DNA from: Bryobacterales bacterium
GTDB lineage: Bacteria > Acidobacteriota > Terriglobia > Bryobacterales > Bryobacteraceae
Assembly (NCBI GenBank): GCA_003142185.1
Contig: PLOR01000022.1
Location: forward strand, 2,336 to 66,335
DNA length: 64,000 nucleotides
Direction: 5' to 3'
A program made the translations under genes and the position numbers. Position 1 is the first letter of the stretch. The number at the start of each line of letters is the position of its first letter. The notes beneath the pieces are model-generated. The model was not told the DNA's origin. It saw only the letters and a list, made by a program, of their open reading frames with translations, and did no database searches. Shown here piece by piece: positions 53,781 through 60,926 of the stretch.

Positions 53781-55822
53781 TCCTCCGGAGGCCGCAACTG
53801 ACTGCGTTCCTGGGCCTTGCCGCAGCCGAGCGAAGCGAGGCCAGCCGGCGGGACGAAAGTGGAGAGAGCGCGGAATGAGCCCGACGCATTCGAGCGCACG
53901 CCGTCCTGGTACATCATGGGCGCCAGGTTCAGCGCCTTGCGCTTGCCATCGAGGTGCGCCAGAATCCCCTGCGCGGCCTCTTCAATATCGTTGGTGAAGA
54001 GGAACCGCCCGCCGGTTTCCCGTTCGACGTCGTGCTCCAGGTATTGGCGCACCACCCGGCTTCCAGCCACGCGCGGGACCGGCGTGAACGCGGTGAAGAC
54101 TCCCGACGCCACCGCATAGAGCCCTATGGTGACGGCCTTTTCGCTCATGGCTTCGGGCGCGGCTGCGGCAATCGGCAACTCCGAAAGATCGGCGCCGATG
54201 CCGCCTTCGGCCACCAGCGCCGAACAGATCAAAAGGATGCGCGAGTTATCCACGCAACTGCCGACGTGCAGAACCGGCGGCACGCCCACCGCCGCGCACA
54301 CTTCCTGCAGCCCCGGGCCGGCGTATTCCATGGCTGCTTCCGGCCGCAGCAAGCCGGCCTTGGCGCTGGCGATGGCGCTGCACCCGGTCTGCACCACCAG
54401 TACGTCTTGCGACAAAAGGCGCCGCACCAGGGCGAGATGCAGGCTGTCCTGGCAGATGCGCGCCGTGTTGCAGCCCACCACGGCCACCACGCCGCGGATG
54501 CGGCCGGCGGCGATGGCGTCGATCAGCGGCCGGTATCCGGCGCGGAACCGCCCGCCGAGGTAGTGCGGCAGATTCTCGTTGGTGAAGCCGGCCACCAGAT
54601 CCATACTGTGGCGAGGGATGTGTACCCGGGCCGGATCGCGGTGTTGGAACGCCTCCACGGCGCGAGCGAGAATTTCCCTGGCGGTCCGTTTGGCGTGGTG
54701 CGAATCGAACTCGATATGCTCCGCGCCCGGTATGTGGGCCTTCGACGAAGTGGTGACCAGCCGGGTGTGATGGCAGGCGGCCACCTGGGGAAGCGAAGGC
54801 ATCACGCACTGCACATCCACCACCATCAGGTCCACGGCGCCTGTGAGCAGCGCCAGTTCCTGGTGGAGATAGTTGCCGGCAACGGGCATGCCCTGCCGCA
54901 TCAGGATTTCGTTGGCCGAGCAGCAAATGCCCGCGATGTTGATGCCTTCGGCGCCGGCCTGGCGCGCCAGCGCGAGCATCTCGCCCTCGCGGCTGGCCGC
55001 CACCAGCATCTCGCTCAGCACCGGCTCATGGCCGTGTACCAGGATGTTGACCTGCTTCTCTTCGAGCACGCCGAGGTTGGCGCGCGAGCGGATAGCCAAC
55101 GGGCCGCCGAAGAGCGTGTCCTGCACATCGGTGGCGATCATGGAGCCGCCCCAGCCATCGGCCAGCGCGGCGCGCATGGCGGCACGCAGCAGCGCTACCG
55201 GGTCCGATTCCACGCCGTGGTGAGTACGATGCAGCAGCTCGACGATTTCGCGATCGATGCCGCGCGGTGCGATCCCCATCTTCTCCCATCGCCGGCGCTG
55301 CTCTTCGGGAGCGCGCGCGAGCGGAATCAGCGGACCATCCTGCAAGCCGAATTGCGAAGCCATGCGAGCGGCCAGGTCGGCCGCCACATGGCGCCCGCTC
55401 CGGTTGGCGGATTCGACGCCCCATTCGGACGCCAGCGCCATCAACTTTTCGGGGTTGGAAATGGCATATCCCGAAGAGGAGCCGGCCTCGGCCGCGCCGC
55501 GAAAGACCTCGACCACTTCGCGCGCATGGTCGCTGTGCGCTGCCGCGCCGCACGCAACCGCGCGCGCCAGGTTGCGGGCCACGATCAGGTGCGCATCGGC
55601 GCCACACGCGCCCACCTGCGCCCGCTCGCCGAACGGATCGATACGGCACGGCCCCATGTAGCAGACGTCGCAACACAGTCCGAGCTCGCCGAACCCGCAG
55701 AGCGGTTTCAGGTCGTCGTGACGGTCCCACACGGTCTTGGCGCCCAGTTCTTCCGCGAGGACCAGCATTTCCCGCGCGGCGGGGTCGGCGGAGCGGTTTT
55801 GAGGATTCGTCATTTTCTTCAC
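53777..55822 (-). CDS. cooS: Anaerobic Ni-Fe carbon-monoxide dehydrogenase catalytic subunit (CooS / AcsA)
   Basis: 681 aa. The N-terminal D- and B-cluster motif is CGFGELGLCCDVCYMGPCRI, with C-cluster regions including HGHEP and GSCVDN. Confidence 0.9.
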   Translation of the reverse strand: MKKMTNPQNRSADPAAREMLVLAEELGAKTVWDRHDDLKPLCGFGELGLCCDVCYMGPCRIDPFGERAQVGACGADAHLIVARNLARAVACGAAAHSDHAREVVEVFRGAAEAGSSSGYAISNPEKLMALASEWGVESANRSGRHVAADLAARMASQFGLQDGPLIPLARAPEEQRRRWEKMGIAPRGIDREIVELLHRTHHGVESDPVALLRAAMRAALADGWGGSMIATDVQDTLFGGPLAIRSRANLGVLEEKQVNILVHGHEPVLSEMLVAASREGEMLALARQAGAEGINIAGICCSANEILMRQGMPVAGNYLHQELALLTGAVDLMVVDVQCVMPSLPQVAACHHTRLVTTSSKAHIPGAEHIEFDSHHAKRTAREILARAVEAFQHRDPARVHIPRHSMDLVAGFTNENLPHYLGGRFRAGYRPLIDAIAAGRIRGVVAVVGCNTARICQDSLHLALVRRLLSQDVLVVQTGCSAIASAKAGLLRPEAAMEYAGPGLQEVCAAVGVPPVLHVGSCVDNSRILLICSALVAEGGIGADLSELPIAAAAPEAMSEKAVTIGLYAVASGVFTAFTPVPRVAGSRVVRQYLEHDVERETGGRFLFTNDIEEAAQGILAHLDGKRKALNLAPMMYQDGVRSNASGSFRALSTFVPPAGLASLGCGKAQERSQLRPPEE

Positions 55823-56568
55823 TCTCCCAGCAGCCCGGCAATGCGCAGCATTTCCCGATGAAACGGCCGGCAGCGGTCGATCTCGCCGGTGCGGGCCTCC
55901 AGTTCCAGATCGCGGTCGGCGGGAAGGACGCCCAGAATTTCAGTCGCACCTAGTTGGGCGCGCACGAAATCCAAATCGGCTGTACACGCAATTTTGTTGG
56001 CGATGGCGCAGGTCCGCCGGATTCCCAGGTCGCGCGCCAGCGCAACCACGCGCGCCGCGGTTTCCAGGCTGGCCCATCCCGGTTCCACCACCACCAGCAT
56101 GGCGTCCACGCCTTCGGCCGTGCCCCGGCCCAGGTGTTCGATGCCGGCTTCCATATCCACCACCACGCGCTCGTGGCCGTTGAGCAGCAGATGGTTCAGC
56201 ACCTCGCGGAGCAGGATGTTCTCGGGACAGGCGCAGCCGCGTTTGCCGCGTTCGATGGTGCCCATCACCAGCACGCGCACGCCGTCCACTGCAATTCCGA
56301 ACTGCTCGGGAATGTCATCCACGCGCGGGTTCATGCGCAGGAAGCCGCCCCATCCCTCGCCGCCGCCGACGCGCTCTTCGATCAACGATTTCAATTCGAC
56401 CAGTGGGGTGATGGCCGGGCCGCGGTAACCGAGCGTCCCCGCCAGGTTGGCGTCGGGATCCGCATCCACTGCAACTACCCGGTAGCCAAGCTCCCGCCAG
56501 CAGCGGGCCAGTGACGCGGCCACGGTCGTTTTCCCAACTCCGCCCTTGCCTGCAACAGCTACTTTCAT
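55819..56568 (-). CDS. cooC: CODH/ACS nickel-insertion ATPase (CooC/AcsF family), copy 1
   Basis: Start at MKVAVAGKGGVGKTT (ATG 56568), which is a deviant Walker A. A CxC motif (GCACPEN) is present. The in-frame upstream extension of ORF 55819..56712 runs through the REP element and is rejected. Confidence 0.85.
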   Translation of the reverse strand: MKVAVAGKGGVGKTTVAASLARCWRELGYRVVAVDADPDANLAGTLGYRGPAITPLVELKSLIEERVGGGEGWGGFLRMNPRVDDIPEQFGIAVDGVRVLVMGTIERGKRGCACPENILLREVLNHLLLNGHERVVVDMEAGIEHLGRGTAEGVDAMLVVVEPGWASLETAARVVALARDLGIRRTCAIANKIACTADLDFVRAQLGATEILGVLPADRDLELEARTGEIDRCRPFHREMLRIAGLLGE

Positions 56569-56599
56569 GGGCGAACCTTCCATGTGTGGACCAGCCAAT

Positions 56600-56712
56600 G
56601 TGGCGCACGCACTCCTGCGTGCAGCGTCGAGACTCTTCTCGACGCTGCTTCGCCCCGAGTCGCCGGGCGTCGGCAGGAGTGCCGACGCGGCACGCAAGAG
56701 TGCGTGCGCCAC
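56600..56712. repeat. REP-like four-hairpin element flanked by a 23-bp inverted repeat
   Basis: The element reads GTGGCGCACGCACTCCTGCGTGC ... GCACGCAAGAGTGCGTGCGCCAC. Internal hairpins are GCACGCA-CTCC-TGCGTGC, AGCGTCGAG-ACTCTT-CTCGACGCT, CGTCGGCA-GGAG-TGCCGACG and GCACGCA-AGAG-TGCGTGC. Confidence 0.8.
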
Positions 56713-56713
56713 G

Positions 56714-57442
56714 TCATCCGCGCACCTCCCAACTCGCCAGCGCCGCCACTGCCGGCGAAGGCGCGTGCAAGCTCAGCAGTGAGGCTCCCGTGGAATCGAA
56801 CTCCGCGATTTGCGGGTCCTGGGGAACTTCGAGGACATGACGAAAAGGCGCGCTCGAAATGCCGGCCTGCCCCGCTTCGCATTGGTTGAGCACCAGGTCG
56901 GCTCTGGGCGGAGGGCCGTCGTGCATGTCGCGATAGAGGTCCAGCGATCGGCGGACGGTCTCCGCCGCCATGCGCGAACGGTTGGCCACGCACACCAGCA
57001 CATCCGCGCGGCCGCTGGTGCGCCGTGAAAGGTGCTCCAGGCCCGCTTCGCAATCCACCAGAACATGGCGGTAGGAACGCGCCAGGCGGTCCAGATGATC
57101 GCGAATCAGATTGTTGACGTAGCAGTAACAGCCTTTGCCCTCGGGACGCCCCATGGTCAGGAGATCGAAGCCGGCATTTTCCACCATGGCCTCTTCGGCT
57201 TGCAGGGCGAACCATTCGGAAGAGGACATCGAGGGCGGCCGGCCCGTGCCGTTGCGCAGTTCCTCGCGCATGTCGGCAAGGGTCGGTCCGGCGGCGATCC
57301 CGAGGGCGTGGCCCAGGCAGTTGGACGGGTCGGCATCGATGGCGAGAACGGGAGTTTCTCCGCACTCGATCAGACGCCGCAGAATCAGCGCAGCGATCGT
57401 GGTCTTCCCCACGCCCCCTTTGCCAACCACGGCGACGATCAT
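56714..57442 (-). CDS. cooC: CooC/AcsF-family nickel-insertion ATPase, copy 2
   Basis: Start at MIVAVVGKGGVGKTT (ATG 57442) overlaps the upstream stop (ATGA). A CYC motif (GKGCYCYVN) is present. Confidence 0.85.
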   Translation of the reverse strand: MIVAVVGKGGVGKTTIAALILRRLIECGETPVLAIDADPSNCLGHALGIAAGPTLADMREELRNGTGRPPSMSSSEWFALQAEEAMVENAGFDLLTMGRPEGKGCYCYVNNLIRDHLDRLARSYRHVLVDCEAGLEHLSRRTSGRADVLVCVANRSRMAAETVRRSLDLYRDMHDGPPPRADLVLNQCEAGQAGISSAPFRHVLEVPQDPQIAEFDSTGASLLSLHAPSPAVAALASWEVRG

Positions 57443-58494
57443 GCGAACCCTTCCCGTTCCCCAACCAGGCACGACAATTCGACCAGCGCATCCATCGTGC
57501 TTTCCGCCCTCTCGACGGTCTCCGTCGCCAGCCCGCAGGAAGGCGTGAGCAGTGCCTGCCGGTAGAGCATTGCGCGGTCGATGCCCTTGGATACCAGTTG
57601 TCCGATGCGATCGTCGAGCGCGGCCAGCAAGACGCGCGCGTCCAGATCGACGCCGGAACGCGAAGGGGGTACGATGCCCCAACTCAGGATGCCGCCCCTC
57701 CGCAGAAACGCATCCAACTCGGCAGGGTAGAGCGAAAGTCCCTGGAAGAATTCGTACGCGTCGAAGTTGATCACATCCAGGGCCACGCTCAGCACCAGGG
57801 ACCAATCCGTGTTCCCGCAACAATGCAGTCCGGCCAGAGCGTTTTCCAGGTGAATGGCTTCCACCGCGCCGGTGAGCGCCGCAATCACATCCTGCCGCGA
57901 CACGTTGACGAACGCGGAACCGAACGAACAGAGATATGGCTCGTCGAGCACCACCAGCGCGCCATCCGACACCCGCCGAAGTTGCCGGGCCATCCAGCGG
58001 GCCTTCATCGCCATGCCCTGCACGGCTACTTCGTGGAGTTCGGGAGTGTAGGCAAGCGCGCGCTTGTTCGCGTCGGTGACGGTCATCGCGAAGCTGAATG
58101 GGCCGGTCACCTGCCCTTTCACCCAGCGCGGGCGGCCTGCGCCCAGGCGAGGGAGGGTCTCGAGGAAGAGGTGCAATCCCAAAGCGTAGTCGCGGCCGAC
58201 CGCGAAGCGTTCGACGTCCTCTTCGACCACCGCCTGATAGAACGCCTCCAACTGGTCTTCAAACCCCTCGCCCGTGCTGAAGTAGATGCGCCCAGCGGCG
58301 CGATCCACCACCGCCCCTGGCAGGCCCTCGGAGTACTGGACGTACATGCTTTCCAGCCAGTCCCGCGCCGGCAACTGCGGCCACGCGGGCAGCGCCGTGA
58401 AACGGCTGAAGATGCGATCGACCAGGGGCTGCGGGTCGTTATGCGGAAAGCTTCCCACCAGCGAGGGCGCGGCAGAAAAGCGTGGACGCTGCAT
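57439..58494 (-). CDS. Single-domain MetE-like (cobalamin-independent methionine synthase catalytic-domain family) methyltransferase
   Basis: 351 aa. Blocks match the Meth_synt_2 order: LVGSFPH, VKGQVTGPFSF, VVLDEPYL, LHCCGN (His/Cys Zn ligands), INFDAYEF, WGIVP and LTPSCGL (Cys ligand). Confidence 0.7.
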   Translation of the reverse strand: MQRPRFSAAPSLVGSFPHNDPQPLVDRIFSRFTALPAWPQLPARDWLESMYVQYSEGLPGAVVDRAAGRIYFSTGEGFEDQLEAFYQAVVEEDVERFAVGRDYALGLHLFLETLPRLGAGRPRWVKGQVTGPFSFAMTVTDANKRALAYTPELHEVAVQGMAMKARWMARQLRRVSDGALVVLDEPYLCSFGSAFVNVSRQDVIAALTGAVEAIHLENALAGLHCCGNTDWSLVLSVALDVINFDAYEFFQGLSLYPAELDAFLRRGGILSWGIVPPSRSGVDLDARVLLAALDDRIGQLVSKGIDRAMLYRQALLTPSCGLATETVERAESTMDALVELSCLVGEREGFA

Positions 58495-58617
58495 GCTCCA
58501 ACTCCTTCAGTCGGGTGCTAACCGCACGGCTACCACGCCCTGCGCGATTTCGGACAATCGAATCTGATTGGTCTGGTCACAGTATATCTCCCAGACGCGC
58601 TCATGCGGGCAGCGCGT

Positions 58618-60855
58618 TTATGGCGCATCCACCACGCAGCGGAACCCCAGTCCGCCTGACCGGTCGTAGCTGGGCGCCATCAGGAGCAGCTTGCCGTGCT
58701 GGTCATTGCGGTATGCCTGGGGGAAATACCAGATCGATCCCTGCGGTTGGTAGTAACTGCCTCCGCGCAGGATGCCGGCACGCGTGTGATCGTCGACGTA
58801 TTCATCGGTCCACTGCCAGACGTTCCCCACCAGATCCATGACACCGAACGGACTCGCTCCGCCCGGGTGGGCATCCACGTTGTCGGCTCCGGCCATGTCT
58901 CGCCCGGTCCACGCGTCAGGGACTGCCGTCGGCCGCCAGTCGTTACCCCAGGGATAGAGACGGCCATCGTTGCCTTGCGCGGCATACTGCCACTCCCACT
59001 CGCGCGGAAGGCGTTTGCCGGCCCAGGCGGCGTAGGTGCGAGCATCCTCCTGCGACACCCACGTCACAGGCTTATTGGCCCAGCCTTGCGGAAACGTGCC
59101 ATCCTTCCAGTCCCGCAAAAAGTCATGATCGTCCCTGGGACGATAGCGCGATGCGTCGAGGAACTTCTTGAACTGTGCGTTGGTCACCGGGTACTTGTCG
59201 ATGTAAAAGGCGCGAATCGTCACCCTATGCTCGTGGAAGCGGCGGGCGTCCGGCTCCCAAGGGTACTGGACGTCCACTCCGACGTCATTGGACCCCTCGA
59301 TTTCGATTCCCTCCACCTTGAATAGGAAGTCATCCTCGGGAATGCGAATCATCCCTTCCGGCGCCGAGGAGGCGGGCGCGGTGGGACGAACCTCGACCAG
59401 CTTTTGCGGCAGCGTTTTCCAAACGTTGGAATAGCTCGACAGCGGCTGCGCCGTCATGGACTGCATCTTTGCCATGAGTTTTCGCTGCGCGTCCGAAGGT
59501 TCGCCATGAGTAGCAAGAACCGCGCCGTAGCCTCGCGCTTCGAGGGGAAAGGAAAGTACGTCGAAGGTGGGCACGTCCAGAAGGTCCTGAAGTGGGCCAA
59601 TAAAGACGATAACCGCCGGCTCGCGTTGAGGGTTCAACTCAGACCCGTGATACAAGTCGAAATAACGGACGCCGTCGCGATGTGGGATGGTCATCTGGGC
59701 GCCGTCGGTCGAGTATTCGTTGCGATTCACGATCGTCCATACGGTTTCCTCGGCCGTAGGCCACCGGCTGGCGAACACGCCGTACCGATGCATCGGATAG
59801 AAAGGCTCCCACTCCGGGCTGATGAGGAACCGGGCGATGCCTCGTTCCAGGGCCGCGACCCGGCGTGTAGCTTCTGCGTCCCGTGGGGTGATGCCGTTCC
59901 AGATACCCCAAATGTTCTCCCACGATTCCCAGCCCTCGCCATTGAAAAACGCATACTGCAGGTCGTCCGTCTTACTCCGGTTCCAACGGTCGGATATGTT
60001 CACCATATGTTTCGGTTCGAGCCAGCGGTACTTATCCACGCCCGGAACGAAATCGTACTGGCCGTTGTACTGTCCCCACGTCATGAGATTCCAGGCGAGC
60101 GCTTCCTCCGATGGACCGCCTTCCGGTTCGAACACCAGAGGGTGCCCGGCGCGGTCGGCCGCCAGCGAGAACTCCAGAGGAACGCCGTCCTGCGTGTCGC
60201 CGTTGATGCCATCGGCGCCGATCTCTTTCATCAATGCGGCGATTGCATCCGGCCATGCGCGACCCGGGTCGCGCGTCCCCTGGTCCCACATCATCATAGG
60301 GAAGAGAACACGCACACCACGCCGATGAAAATCCGCCACCATCTGCTTCAGCCCGTTCACGCCGCCGGGCATACTTCTGACCATGTCCAACTGGTTGCGG
60401 TTGTCTATGCCCATATTTGGGTAAGTCGGCCAGATGAGAACAGAGTCAATGCCGCCGTAGCGTTGTTCGAGATCGTCGAGGTATCGGTTGACCGTGTACT
60501 TACCGGCGGCCGGGTCATAGAAATAGCGATCCTGGACCATCATCTGCGGCTGCATGAAGCTGGACTGCGCCCACTGCACTTCCGGCCGATCATATCTGGA
60601 AGAGCTGTAGCCGATGCGGATTTTCCGCTCCATCCGCCAATGCTGCACATCCTTCAGCCAGAGTTGATGGCTCGCTTCGGTGCAAGTAGCGGAGCCTCCT
60701 TCCCAAGCACCCTTCATAGTCAGGCAGCCAGGCGCCGGAATGAGCTGGTTCTTTGGTCTGTAAGTGGCATCTTGCGATCTGGCCTCGAAAGCATTCGCCA
60801 GCAATAGAGACAACAGGACAACTAATCGAACTAGGTGAGCGTGCGTGTTTCTCAT
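58618..60855 (-). CDS. Secreted protein with unassigned (glycosidase-like?) N-domain and C-terminal FGE/SUMF1-EgtB-PvdO-type domain
   Basis: Start at MRNTHAHL plus a signal peptide. The C-terminus reads FYIDKYPVTNAQFKKFL...PVTWVSQEDARTYAAWAGKRLPREWEWQYAA...PFGVMDLVGNVWQWT...RGGSY...GFRCV. Confidence 0.8.
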   Translation of the reverse strand: MRNTHAHLVRLVVLLSLLLANAFEARSQDATYRPKNQLIPAPGCLTMKGAWEGGSATCTEASHQLWLKDVQHWRMERKIRIGYSSSRYDRPEVQWAQSSFMQPQMMVQDRYFYDPAAGKYTVNRYLDDLEQRYGGIDSVLIWPTYPNMGIDNRNQLDMVRSMPGGVNGLKQMVADFHRRGVRVLFPMMMWDQGTRDPGRAWPDAIAALMKEIGADGINGDTQDGVPLEFSLAADRAGHPLVFEPEGGPSEEALAWNLMTWGQYNGQYDFVPGVDKYRWLEPKHMVNISDRWNRSKTDDLQYAFFNGEGWESWENIWGIWNGITPRDAEATRRVAALERGIARFLISPEWEPFYPMHRYGVFASRWPTAEETVWTIVNRNEYSTDGAQMTIPHRDGVRYFDLYHGSELNPQREPAVIVFIGPLQDLLDVPTFDVLSFPLEARGYGAVLATHGEPSDAQRKLMAKMQSMTAQPLSSYSNVWKTLPQKLVEVRPTAPASSAPEGMIRIPEDDFLFKVEGIEIEGSNDVGVDVQYPWEPDARRFHEHRVTIRAFYIDKYPVTNAQFKKFLDASRYRPRDDHDFLRDWKDGTFPQGWANKPVTWVSQEDARTYAAWAGKRLPREWEWQYAAQGNDGRLYPWGNDWRPTAVPDAWTGRDMAGADNVDAHPGGASPFGVMDLVGNVWQWTDEYVDDHTRAGILRGGSYYQPQGSIWYFPQAYRNDQHGKLLLMAPSYDRSGGLGFRCVVDAP

Positions 60856-60926
60856 CCGACTATTCCTCGCTGTTGTTCGGACATGGAAGTCGTCAATAAC
60901 TCTTGCAGTCCTTGCCGGCGTCACGG

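Noticed and set aside
56569-56712. The N-terminal extension of cooC-1 (ORF 55819..56712) and the 56565..57491 / 56584..56889 ORFs.
   Set aside because: These run through the four-hairpin REP-like element. The CooC Walker A motif starts right after the internal ATG at 56568.
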